From Negaprion brevirostris (Eukaryota), in the NCBI GenBank assembly GCA_030324005.1, contig JARDVH010000157.1, positions 7,285,529 through 7,349,528 of the forward strand: DNA of 64,000 nucleotides. Reading direction: 5' to 3'. This document shows, one piece after another, positions 23,827 through 37,000 of the stretch. Below the pieces are notes generated by a model. That model was not told where the DNA came from and did not search any database. It saw only the letters and a list, made by a program, of their open reading frames with translations. Every line of letters starts with the position of its first letter. Position 1 is the first letter of the stretch. Both the position numbers and the translations under genes were made by a program.

Positions 23827-25756
23827 GGGAATTAAATACATAAAGATACACTGCACAGCCAGTCATACTGATTGTTTGTTATTCAAACAAAAGGTGCCAT
23901 AAAGTGTGCAGCCAGTTATATTTCTAGTAACATGGTGACTCTGGGTACAGCAGTATTTAGTTTGTAGAGTTGATGGAAGTGATTTTAATCTAACTGGACA
24001 GTGAATTTGGGTCGGGCTTCAGCTAATCTTTTGAAAAAAGTTGATAACTTCATTTGTTTTAAATTTCAAGAAAACATGTCAGACTAAAAGAGAGACAAAT
24101 GCCTACTTATTGTTTACAGTCACTACGATTGAATAGAAAATCCTGGAAGACATTTAACATGCTTCTTTGATATATTAACCTGAGATAAAATGTAATCTGT
24201 TTCTCGGGTTTTCAATTCCAAAGAAAAATGTTTTGAGGTCATTTCTGAGCCTGTTTATGATTGCTAGAGAGATTGGTTATTTACAAGGGACGTTGACACA
24301 GCAGTTAGGTGGATTGGCCATGCTAAATTGTCCCTTAGTGTCAGGGGGATTCGCAGGATAAATACGTGTGGTTGCGGGAATAGGGCCTGAGTGAGATTGT
24401 TGACGGTGCAGACACAATGGTCTGAATGGCCACCTTCTGTACTGTAGGGATTCTATTAAAGGGCTTTGACCAAGTGTCATCTGGATTTGAAATGTCAGCT
24501 CTTTTCTCACCTTACAGATGCGGCCAGACCTGCTGCGATTTTCCAGCATTTTCCCTTTTGGCTTATAAGGGATGTTGGGTGTCTTTTGAAGAAGTATAAA
24601 AATTCTAACTGAAATCAGCTTATTGAAAATAAATGTAAATTGAAGCAGCAATTGTTAATGTCAAGAGAGAAAGACACTGGGATGGTTATCTATGCAACTT
24701 GAATATTTAACAAACAGTATTGTTTCAGGAATTAACCAAGCGAAGATACAATCAGTAGTTGCAGAGATCCACTGGAAACTACCAGACTTTGGGTTCCATT
24801 CAGGGCTGCTGAATCACAGAATGTTCATCCGTGGCCCATGCCAGACTCCAGGATCCCTACCTCAGTGCTTCCAAACACCTGGGCGGTTGCCCTGAACTGC
24901 CAAAACTCAGAATCATGTCCTGCAAAATCCTGGAACCTGATTTTGACATTTTCATTTGTATTTTCAAATCCTTTCATGCCTTTGTTCCTCCAGTCCTGCA
25001 ACCCTCTGGGATCTTTCCAATTATGGTGTCTTGTGCATCCTAATTTCCTTTGCTCCACCATTGGCAGCCATGCCTTCAGCTTGCACACAGGTTTTCCCAT
25101 TTTTTGCCACGCTCTTCCTTTTGAAGTTTTAAGTTTATTTATTAATGTTACAAGTAGGTTGACATTGATACTGCAATGAAGCTACTATACAAATCCCCTA
25201 GTCACCGCACGCTCTGGCGCCTGTTTGGTTATACTGAGGGAAAATTTAGCGCAGCCAATGCACCTAACCAACACATCTTTCAGACTGTGGCGGGGAAACC
25301 CACGCAGGCATATGAGGAGAACGTGCAGACTCTGCACAGACAATGACACAAGCTGGTAATTGAACCCAGGACCCTGGCGCTGTGAGGCAGCAGTGCCAAC
25401 CACTGTGCCACGACTTTAAGAGGCTCCTGTTAATCTACCTTTTTGACCAAGTTTTTGATCACCTGGCCTGATATCTTTTATATGCATCAGTCTGAGAATT
25501 TTGTTTGATTGCCAGTCTATGGAGTACCTTGGGACATTTCGCCATGCTAAGGAAACTGTATAAATGCAAGATGTTGCTGCAATATCAGTTACAGTAGTGA
25601 GTCTGGCAATTTACATTGTTTTGCCCTAACTTCCAGCTGTGGCCCACTGCCACACTTTACCAATGTTCAATTGGGAAGGCCGACCACTTCTTGAGCTGAC
25701 AGACGTGCCACTTTGTGATGGGGCCTTTTACTATGTGTTTTACCTTTAATGTGTGG

Positions 25757-25790
25757 TGCACCATCTAGTGGTCGTAGTGAGAAATTACAA
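25757..25790 (-). promoter_or_regulatory. Candidate CTCF binding site
   Basis: tgcaccatctagtggtc is the reverse of the CCACTAGATGGTGCA core, with gaaattacaa at about the upstream-motif spacing. It lies in non-repeat sequence. Confidence 0.55.
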
Positions 25791-26556
25791 AATCTGTCCC
25801 ATTAGGCAGTTGCTATGAGTATATTCAAACTAGCAGCGCCTTGATTAGCAAACAATGCTGTGTACTTTATCTTTGCCTATTTTGCATTTGAGAGTGAGGA
25901 AACTGAAGCTTTAACATAATTGTGGTGATGTTATTTGGGATTAGTAGTAATGTGAAGTAGAGTTTGTATGCATTATTCTGTTGTTTTCAGCTACTCTGTC
26001 CTAACTGCTGGATTAAAAATAGTTTCTAAATTTAGTATTTCACATTTTGTGATGCATTATGATGCTGTGTAAGCTGTGAGTAATGATTAAAACATAACTT
26101 CTTTTCCTTTTAACTTGCCACACTGCAAGACCAGATTTACTGTCATGATGTGACAGACTGTCAAAACAAACTATATTGCCGTGATGTTACATATTATTTC
26201 AAGAAAATCAAAGTCAGAATAAAAATATGGACAAATGCAGTCGGATCTTCTTTCACAATAACTTGTCAACAGGAAATGCCGTGCTGTCATGGCATTTATC
26301 AGTGTCTGTTTATTGTATTACTGATTTTCACTTCCCAAAAAATTATTGAATCATAATTATTCTTACTATGAAATGGGCTTTTCTTAATCAGGAAGGTGTC
26401 AGAATGAAAAACAGTCGCTTTCCAGGAAGACCTTGCATATATATATAGAGCATATTCCAGTTAAGCCACAATCTGCTTGTGACCACTGAGAATGAACTGG
26501 TCTGAAGATCCGGACCTTCCTTGGATGCATCCTCATGGGTAGTTAATACAGTCTAA

Positions 26557-27230
26557 ATCATAGAATCCTACAGTGCATAAAGAGGCCATTCGGCCCATCA
26601 AGTCCACACTGACCACAATCCCATCCAGGCCCTATCCCCATAACCCCCTGCATTTACCCCAGCTAGTCTCCCTGACACTAAGGGTCAATTTAGCATGGCC
26701 AATCCACCTAACCTGCACGTCTTTCAGACTGTGGGAGGAAACCCATGTGCACACTGAGAGAACGTGCAGACTCCACATAGACAATGACCCAAGATGGGAA
26801 TCGAACATGGGTCCCTGGTGCTGTGAGGCAGCAGTGCTAACCACTGTGCCGCCCACAAATATATTCACATTGATTTTTTTGTGCTGTTGGTCATTATCAT
26901 TGCGTATCCAAAATGTTCTTCTTAAAAATACCCAACAATAGGTGGTACGGTGGCACAGTGCTTAGCATTTCTGCCCCTCAGCACCAGGGATTCGAGTTTG
27001 ATTCTGGCCTTAGGTTTGTGTGGAGTTTGCATGTTCTCCCCATGTCTGTATGGTTTTCCTCCAGGTGCTCTGGTTTCCTCCCACAGTCCAAAGATGTATG
27101 TGTTAGTTTTGATTGACCATGTTAAATTGACCCTAGTGTTAGGGGGTTTAGGGCCTAGGTGGGATTGTGGTCAGTACAGACTTGATGGGCCAAATGGCCT
27201 CCTTCTGTATTGTAGAGGTTCTATGATTCT
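26557..27230. mobile_element. Divergent pair of HE1/V-SINEs (minus 26557-26853, plus 26940-27230)
   Basis: Two near full-length type-A copies in opposite orientation about 90 bp apart. Confidence 0.85.
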
Positions 27231-29529
27231 AACCTGCCAAGACCTGTAGCTATGAGACATGCTCAATTCACACAATCGCAGAATTGTAACAGTGCAGAAG
27301 AAGGCCATTTGGTCCTTCGTATCTGTGCTAGCCCTCTAAATGAGCATCATGTCTCAGTACCATTCCCCTGTATGTTGTTTCTGTTTGAGTAATCACCTGA
27401 CTCGAATGCCTTGATTGAATCTGCCTCCACCGCACTTCCAGGCAGTGGACTCCACACACCCCAACCACTCGCAGTGGGAAAATGTTAGACTTGTCAATTT
27501 TCTTCCTTCCAATTAAGTTAATCAAAAGTCAAACCGAGAGTGGCGTCTCTGCAGTCGCCTATTTCACAATCGCAGCCCATTGCTCTGGAGAAGGAATTGC
27601 TGTTGACTTCGAGTTCAAGACTTCCCGTTGTCGGTGTCAGCCTGGGGCACAGGGCCGTGGATACGGCTTTCTTAGCTGCAGCCTGGTGTAGACTTTCCCC
27701 AGACAGCAGCAAGCATCAATCAGCCAGAAATTAAGTTGCAGATCACAATCTGGAAGCAGCTGTATGTCCACATCACTTGCTGTCAGCCCAGTGGAGCCTG
27801 TCCCATAATGTAAACGTGCCGGGCAATGAGAAGTGATGGGCACTCGACAGCTGCGTCTCCAAGCCTCCAGCCTGCAGCTTCAGCCAGCCTTGCCTTTTCA
27901 CTCTTTAACATTTATTGCTATCTGTTGTTACCTCTTTTCATTCCAACAAAAAAAAAGTATCACTTGAAGGACTTCAAATGTCGAAAACCATAAAGCGCAT
28001 CGGTGTCTATTATTCAAAAACTGGAAATCTGAAATAAAACCTAGCGATGCTGGAAAAAATTCAGCAGATTAGGCAACACTTGTAGAGAGAAAGTTCACAC
28101 CCGGAATCGATGACCTCCCGTCAGAACCTACTGAAGTTAAAGGTTTAACAGTTTATACGCAGGTACGGAGCCAGGATAACGGAGGAGCTAGAAGAGGAAA
28201 GAACAGATGGAAAGGCCTTTGATCGGATGAAAGGCAGGGTTGATTGAACGTAATGATTGAGTGTGTGAAGCAAAGGGGGATGATATTGACCCATCATGTC
28301 TAATCTCTGGGGGTAGTCACAACCCCAGAGGTACCCCAGAAGGTGCGCCAAGGCCTCCCTGCCCCATGGAAGACCCCAGACAAGGATTGTGTGGGATTGC
28401 CATTCTATTCCTTTTTATTTACGCTGTACATTTCTCACCCAATCTCCTGACTCAGGGTTCTACAGGGAAGTGCAGTGCAGCAGAGCCCAGGGGCCGTCAG
28501 TGCAGGGCAACAGGGCTGGAGGAATGGAAGCGACACTCCCTTTTTACAGCACCAGCTGCTGTAAAGCAGCTTAGTTTAAAGGTCCCAGTCACATTGAGAA
28601 GCCAGGAAGGGAGGGTAAGTGTGTGAGGTAATGGAGTAGGATGATTAATCGGGGTGGGGTTGTTGGCGGGGGTCGCCAATCTGTAGTGTGCGGGAGATCA
28701 GGTCAAGCAGGAAGTTTANNNNNNNNNNNNNNNNNNNNNNNNNNNNNNNNNNNNNNNNNNNNNNNNNNNNNNNNNNNNNNNNNNNNNNNNNNNNNNNNNN
28801 NNNNNNNNNNNNNNNNNNAAATTGCCCCTTTGTGTCAAAGGTGCTAGCAGGGTAAATAGTGAAGTTCTGTGGATAGGGTGGGATTGTTGTCGAGGTAGGC
28901 TCGATGGGCCAAATGGCCGCCTCCTGCATTGTAGGGAATCTATGATTCCATGAAGTAATCTTAATTCTGCAGTATTAAATATACATTCAAGGGCAGACAC
29001 ACTTCAAATTACCAATAATGTCCTTTGAAGTGCCATAAAAGGACAACAAAGTGTTACTACTTGGGATTCTCCTCTGAGTGAGCACAGGCTAGGTCATTGA
29101 ATATGTTCAAAGCTGAGCGAGACAGGTTTTTGATCTACAAGGGATAGCCTAGGCTTTGGGGGAGTGGAGGGTGGCGGCTTGCAGAAAAGTAGAGACAAAA
29201 GATCAGCCGTGATCCTTTTGAATGGTGGAGCAGGCCTCTGGTTCGGAGGTTTGATAAAGGCCTATCAGAAAATGTCTACCTTAAACTAGTAATAGGGTTA
29301 CCAGCCCTGTTTGGATTTCAAAAGATTTCATCATACGGCCTCCCGCCTTGAACCAGCTCACATCATCCTCCAGCCAATGATCCACACTCCAGATGCACTG
29401 CCTTCCATACCAATTGAAAAGGAAATTGATCCATTGTTACCCATTTGGACTAACCTGAATTGTTAAGGAAACGGCTTTCTCCAACTCCATTCCAACATTT
29501 CCAATACTCTTATGTCTAATGAATGAAAG

Positions 29530-29712
29530 CACACCAGAGATAACTCCTTTGCTCTTCTTTGAAATAGTGCCACAGGATCTTTAACATCCAACCGAGCAGG
29601 CAGATTCAGGATACAGTCACATCTGAAAGACAGTACCTCTGACAGTGCAGCACTCCCCCAATACTGCCCTGGAGCGTCAACTTTGATTTTTATGCTCAAG
29701 CTTTGGGAGTGT
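29530..29712 (-). mobile_element. DeuSINE conserved (Deu) domain remnant
   Basis: gtgccacaggatctttaacatccaaccgagcaggcaga...catctgaaagacagtacctctgacagtgcagcactccc. Confidence 0.7.
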
Positions 29713-30124
29713 AAAAGAAAATGTTGAAACACAATTTTGGTCAAGGATCTGATGATTTTTTCATCTGGACTGCTTACAACTGTGGCATGGATATTAATCT
29801 CCCAGCCTCGGAGAATGCAGGACAACCCTGAAGAGTTGGCAACACTCGCAAAAGTGCGTGTTTGCTCTAAATGTGAGAATTAAGCATATTGTTAGAATAG
29901 AACAGAGAAAACCTCTCATGTGAATACTATGCATGACCTGGTAATGCTTGTTATAAGACACTGGGCATCGGACCACAAAGTCATTTTGTTAGCAAAACAT
30001 TGATTACCTTAACTTACTGAGCATACAGACGTGTTGCTTCAGTAGTTTTCAGACTAATTTCTTGGATTGTCTTTAACTTGACTATTTTTCATGATCCTTT
30101 GGTTTACTTATGAAATTGAAAATG

Positions 30125-30416
30125 GGGCACGGTGGCACATGGTTAGCACTGCTGCCTCACAACGCCAGGGACCCCATGTTCGATTCCTGCCTTGGATCAC
30201 TGTCTGTGCGAGTCTGCATGTTCTCCCTGTGTCTGCATGAGTTTCCTCCGGATGCTCCGATTTCCTTCCACAGTCCGAAAGACGTGTTGGTTAGTTGTAT
30301 TGTCCACGCTAATTTCTCCCTCAGTGTACCCGAACAGGAGTATGGTGACTAGGGAATTTTCAAAGTTACTTAATTGCAGTGTGAATGTAAGCCTACTTAT
30401 GACTGATAAATAAACT
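30125..30416 (+). mobile_element. Full-length HE1/V-SINE-like SINE with type-B tail (other type-B copies near 25130, 33890, 37300, 38000, 53675, 59635, 63898)
   Basis: Head ggcacggtggcacatggttagcactgctgcctcac, tail gactagggaattttc...attgcagtgtgaatgtaagcctacttatgactgataaataaact. Confidence 0.85.
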
Positions 30417-30849
30417 TTCAACTGAAAACATTAAGGACCATTTATGCATTGCACCTTGAATTTGAACGCCTTTACATGAATGTTAATTTACTACTTTAAA
30501 TACAGATGTAGCAGGATTTTTTTATCAAGTGCTGCGAAGTATTTTCTGCAATGTGACATGATTCCTCACAAGGTTAATTGGGCTGTCCTGAATGTTCTTT
30601 TCAAACATATTTCTCCGCTCTAATTCTAAAGTCTAACCCAAGAATGTTGCCCTTCCTATGCAATAAATTAATGAAAATAATTAACTCTTAAAATTTTTGT
30701 AAAGCATATATTTAATATTGTTTCAGAGATTGGTCCCCTTGGTGGCTGAGTGATTGCATCTGTTGGGTTGGTGTTTATATATGGACAGTGCAGAGTTTGG
30801 TGAGAAATAATCAGGAGCAACAATGAGGTTAATGCGATTGATGTCTGCA

Positions 30850-31045
30850 ACTTGGTTAGCTGGATGAGGGCAGGAGGGATGCATCAAGAGTCTCACCCTG
30901 GCTCCTAGTCAGTGATCTCTATTGGAATGTACCGAGGTGGCTGTCAGGTGAAGACACGATTGCTGTCAGCTGTGAGGCCCCCTTGCTGTTGAGTAACTTT
31001 ACAAAATTCACACCCTAAGTCAATGTATGAAGAATGATCACGTGA
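30850..31045 (+). mobile_element. Ancient SINE remnant, AmnSINE-like (related piece at about 54230-54340)
   Basis: cagtgatctct...gtgaagacacgattgctgtcagctgtgaggccccc...atgaagaatg resembles an old vertebrate SINE body and is mirrored at 54235-54285. Confidence 0.4.
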
Positions 31046-34000
31046 AGTAATATTTACACTGTAATGTACTGTAATTTATACTGTAATATATATTGTTGCT
31101 GTGAGTGGGCAATATTACAGTATGAATCACTTCCCTCAGGACAAATAGAAACAGAATTGGAAAAAAAAGGTTAATATAATGCAAAGATGGTGATAGTTTT
31201 GAAATTTGGCCTTTGGTATTCAATTACATTTTGATTTATACTTACAGCGTTTTCTGTCATTGACTTTGCCAAGCTGTATTTGTTGGTGCATCATGTCCTT
31301 TCTAATGTAAGCAACATGAAGAATGTGGATGCTTCAACTTGAAATGAAAACTGAAAATGTTGGAAATACTCAGGAGGTCAGATGACTCCTGTGACTTTTG
31401 GAACAGAGGAACTTGAGTAATTAAGGAAGAAATTATTTCAAATGGTGATTACGATTGCCTATCATAAACACAGAATTACTGAGAATTCCAGTTGGTTCAA
31501 ACAAAGTTGCATTACTTTTTGAACTAGTGTAATGTCTGAATAGATCTCAACTATTTTGAGAATGTGGCTCATTGCTTTGGAGACTTGAAATCCACTCTCT
31601 TTTACGTAGGATAAGTGTTATGAAGTCTCATACTGTGACGTGAAATTCTAATTCAGGTTGCGTTTTGTTGAAGTTAACTTGGGCCTAAACCTTGGCTTGG
31701 GAAGAATAGTGAAGCAAAAAGTAGGAATTCTAACTCTTTCTCTCAATGAGTAAAATTTGTTAAGGTTTCTGCACTTTGTACTAAGTAGCACCGGGGCATT
31801 CCATCAAGCAAACAAGCAATATCAGTGCCAATTGCTGCTCTAAAGAAGTACAATCCCTTTTAGCCAAATGTTGTATGCCTGTGAGAATAGCAATGACATT
31901 TATAGCTCAAAGAACTTTGCATCCAAGAATATTTAGTCATGACAGATAAAAGCTAAAAGCATGGTAGTAGGAGGTAGCAATGGGGGTCTAATTGAGGGAA
32001 AGAGAGATATAGAATAAAAATACTTGAGAGAAAATACTAGGGATTTAAGTAGATACAAGTGATATTAATTGAATATAATGCACCACATTGATTCAAATAT
32101 ATTAATCCTCCAGTAAAAACAGTATGTTGCTTTTTTAGTTTTTGGGAATACAGTGATCAGCCAAAACTTGATGTTAAATTTACTGTGAGCAGCTACTGCT
32201 CCATGGTGAGTGCCAGCATAAAAGGAAAATAATGTCATAAGGAATGAGTTTTGTCAAACAGCCCGTACTGTATTAACAGCTGAACAACATGATTCATTAG
32301 CTACTGTCACGTTTGGATGTCAGTTTTATTTCCCTCTTGATATGAGGATCCTCAGCAATGTGCTCAGCAAGAGCTGATATTAGCCGTGCATCCAAAACCA
32401 GTTGCTCATCGCTAACTATGTAAGAGGAAGAATGTACGTGTTTACCACTGTAAAAAGCGACTGCCTGATGTTTTGTGTATCCTCGTGTTTCAACATATTA
32501 CTACTTGTTCTCCTGGCAAACATTTGGCCATGCAGCAAGCAGGTCACATGATGCAGTGATCAGATAAAAATTGTTGAATGCTGCCAATAAATCTGCTGGC
32601 TGAGTTGAGGAAGGCCTTTCATGAGCATATGTTGTTGGATGAAGATTTCTGACTGATGAAGAAAGGATTAAGTCTAACCAGAAATTCCAGTTTTGGCATT
32701 GTTGTGTGATCACACTGAAAATGCTTCCTTTTATGGACCACAAAGCACACAACTATTATGCTATTAACAAGATCTTCAACAATGAACGCAAGATGACGAG
32801 CAAAAAGATATGAAAGTTGACTTTTAAAAAATTGCATTGTAAACTGATGGGAGACAGCACTAATATGAAATATAAATTTCATGGAAATGTTATACAGTGT
32901 TAAAATAAGAGGTGAGGTTCTGAAGGAGCTTGACAGGGTAGACACGGAGGGGTTGTTTCGCCTAATTGGAGTCACGGGATAAGAAGGGTTGATCATTTAG
33001 GACAGATATGAGAACTTTCTTTTCTAAGAATGTTGTGAATATTTGGAACTATCCACCCCAGAGGATTGTAGATGCTCCATGTGGCGTATATTCAAAGCTG
33101 GAATTGATTTTTGGTCTCACAGAATGGAGGGATATGAAGACTGAGAGAAAATGGAGTTGCAACAGAAAATCAACCGTGACCAAATTGAATGATGGAACAG
33201 ACACGAGGGCTATATCGTCTATTCCTATTTATCATGTTCTTGTGCATATTTCCTCATCGTTTTGCAGTGTGTGGCTTTTGGTTGGAACTGCATAGGCGGA
33301 AGTGAACGTAGTGTAGTTTGCAGATTGTGTTGCTGCAGTGCGTTTGATTTTTAACTTATTTTTGACAGATATCAACGTAGTTAATAATAGCAATAATTAA
33401 TTAATAGTCATCACAGTAAATAAATGTTTTAAAAATATTATTGATGTTGAATTATGTCACCTGCAGATTTTCAACTGAATGTTGCTCAAGTTGATCAGGG
33501 TTCATGTTTGAGTCCTTTCTGTTTTTCATGTTACCAACTTCCTCCCCCCTCATTTGAAAACTTGTCCATATCAAGGCCTGAAAGCACATGGAACTTTTAA
33601 CCTTGTGTCTGCAGTGAGAATTTACACTGATATATTCCAATGCTTCCTTTCCCCACTTCCTCACCTCCAACTGCAGCCACCCCCCNNNNNNNNNNATGCA
33701 TTCTAAACGACACACAGCACTGTTCTATATTACAAACCAAGTCAATTTCTTTCTAAGACTTTCACATGAAAATCAACTTCCATTACTATTGTGAATATTT
33801 TATCCTCCCTAAGAAATTCACCCTGCAATCTACTTTGTGCAAGGTGAATTCATTGAGCATAAACATGCAGTGCTACTTCTTAAAAGTCATGTTGTCTGCT
33901 GACTCACAGCACCAGGGACCCAGGGTTGATTCTCAGCTTGGGTCACTGTGTGGAGTCTGCACGTTCTCACCATGTCTGTGGTTTTCCTCCGGGTCCTCCA

Positions 34001-37000
34001 GTTTCTTCCCACAGTCCGAAAGACATGCTGGTTAGGTGCATTGGCCATGCTAAATTCTCGCTCAGTGTACCCAAACAGGCACCGGAGTGTGGCGACCAGG
34101 AGATTTTCCCAGTAACGTCATTGCAATGTGAACGTAAGCCTACTTGTGACATTAGTAAGTAAATAAAAACTTGTATGCCGTGCTTGTTGGTCAGGCCTTT
34201 TTTGCATAGGAGCATAAAAAATATTCAGCCGACTCTATATGTACATTTGTACCAAACATACAGGCCTGTTGCCTTTTATTTTGGCCATTCCCCCTTTGCG
34301 CACTAGATTGTGATGTTCATGTTTGTCATTAGGAGTGCCAGCCCTTCATTTAATTGGTTACATGTTCTATCAGACCAAGTCCTTCAGTTGATATTGGTTA
34401 TAGATGATTTCCTGAGCAGAGAATCCACTTGATGCGTCAGGGAATTAATTGAAGATGCATAACTGGAGGAGGAAAGTGATGCTATTTGATTTAACACAGT
34501 TCATATTTTCAGAAATCACTTACCCATGAGATGCCTTGCTTCATAGTCATAGACGTTATGGAGCAGCCCAAAAAAGGGGATATTAGATAACTTGCAATTC
34601 TGCCAGTTAGCCACGTTGACTGACCTTGGAAAGACAAATTCAGTTGATTGCCAACCATTTGGCAGTAAACAATGAGCTTCTTAATTGGTTATGAGATGTA
34701 TTGAGGTCTAGCTGCACCAGCTTTTTTTTCAGGCCACTAGTTTGTTCTTTTCAGGTCAGTAGTTTGACAAATCCTTTGGAAGTTCAGTCACATTATGACA
34801 ACCTTTTTTGGCACCAGAGGACTTCCCGATGCCCATATAATGTCATAGAAATGTTCAGTTGAACCAACTACTGATGAGATAAGTCAACATCAATACAGTT
34901 TTTGTATGCTTTTTACTGTGCTGACAAACTATTAATTACATTGATGTCTGTCAAAAATAATTTGTACATAAAATCAAACTAACTGCTGCAAAGTATACTG
35001 TTCACTTCTATCTGTGGAGTGACAATCAAAAATCATACACTGCACAATGATGATTGAATATGCATGAGGACATAACCAGTAGGAGGGGTAGACTTCCTTG
35101 TATCTGCTCCATCATTTAATTTGATCATGATTTATCTTCTGTCTCATCTCCACCTTCCCGTGCTTCCCATATCCAAGTATTTAAATTATTAGTGTTATAA
35201 ATAATGACTTGAATAAATTACCAGACTTGATCATGCAAAATGTCTCTGACCTTTGCTGTTCTGACGAGCCATTCTATTAGACGTTTATTGGCTACAAAGT
35301 CATAAAATGTGAACCTTCTGGGTGGGATCAACATATCCCTTTTAAGCTTTCAATGGTTAGGAATTTGCTGCCTCAGTTAAATTTTCCAAACCATTTTGAG
35401 TAATTTAATGATGGTTGGTTAGTTTGAATGATGACTGTTCTACTTCTTTGTCCAAGGATGTTTGTAAACAGAATCTTATTTTCTTATGATACTCTTTCAG
35501 TTCATTGGAACTAAGTAATTTTGTTGTTCTTCTGGATTAGTATCCTTGTAAAAGACAGAATGTGGCAGCAATTAAATTTTTTATTCATTCATGGGAAGTG
35601 AGCTTGCAGGCTGCCCAACATTTATTGCCCATCCCAGTTGCCCTTAGAAGGCAGCTGAGAATCAGTCACATTGTTGTGACTCTGGAGTCACATGTAAAGG
35701 TTATTTATTAGTCACAAGTATGCTTACATTTCCTTCCCTAAAGCACATTAGTGAACCAAATGGGGTTTTTCGACAATCGGCAATGGTTTCATGGTCATCA
35801 GGAGATTTTTTTTATTGAATTCAAATTCCATCATCTGGGANNNNNNNNNNNNNNNNNNNNNNNNNNNNNNNNNNNNNNNNNNNNNNNNNNNNNNNNNNNN
35901 NNNNNNNNNNNNNNNNNNNNNNNNNNNNNNNNNNNNNNNNATCTGGGATGGCGATGAGTGGTGAGATTCGAGCCCAGATCCCCAGAACATTAGTTGAGTT
36001 TTTCGATTATTAGTCTAGCCATAATATTACCAGGCCATCATCTTCCCAGTAATTTACCTACTGCAGGGTACCGCAGTCACTCATTTGCCTATTTCTACCA
36101 TTACCAAGGGCTGAAGCATGGGCCTTACTTGCTCTGCTTTTCATTTATTTGCATTTCATCATCCACTGAATTAAAACAGTTTTTGATCTTGTGTGCAGCT
36201 TTGGTGTGGTAAATTGGTGCGTATTTGAACCCTCGTCATCAATCTTGCCATTTATCCGGACTGTGAGGATCAGGTCACAGATTCAAAAAGGGGTATTAGA
36301 TAACTTGCCAGATGGTAAAATTTAGATCCATAGTTTTAGCTTGATTGTTTTACGGTTCTGAAACTTACCTGTTTTTCTCTCAGTAGAAATATTTACTTCA
36401 AGTCAATATTTGTTGTTGTAGATGTCAGTTTATTTCTTGAGGCAGAATAGTCTTTTACAGCCTCACTGCAGGATGAATATCATGTTTATTTTTCACTGTA
36501 CTTTCTCTGTTTGATCTCACCCTGTGAAAACTAGGTTAGTTCTTTTTTGAATTTGTGTGGAGGGTTTGATTTGCCGAGTAAGTGAACAGGGAAATTACCT
36601 ATTGTGTTTCTCCAGAACAACTGCCTTGTCTCTCCTTTCTCTCCCTTTTTATTGGATTGGTCATTGTTTGCTGTGTATGACTCCCGAGGCAGTCTTTGAA
36701 TTGGTATTTACTGGGTAAACACCAGTGTTTATGTGATAAAAGCTTTCCTTTGTAGGAAAGTAACAAAGTATTGGGAGGAATTTAAATTCCCATCCTTCAT
36801 CCGTTAAGCTGACCTCATATCCAGTAAATATTGTAATTTTATTTATTTTTTGATTGTGGTGCCAAGTTGATAAATATTCCAAATCACTGTCAGATGTGGT
36901 TTAGAAATATCTAAATAGCAGCCTGGCAGACCAAATTAATTTAGCTTTCAGTAGGTTCCTCGATTTTTTAACTCTTCTTTGATAAACTGAGTAAATATTA

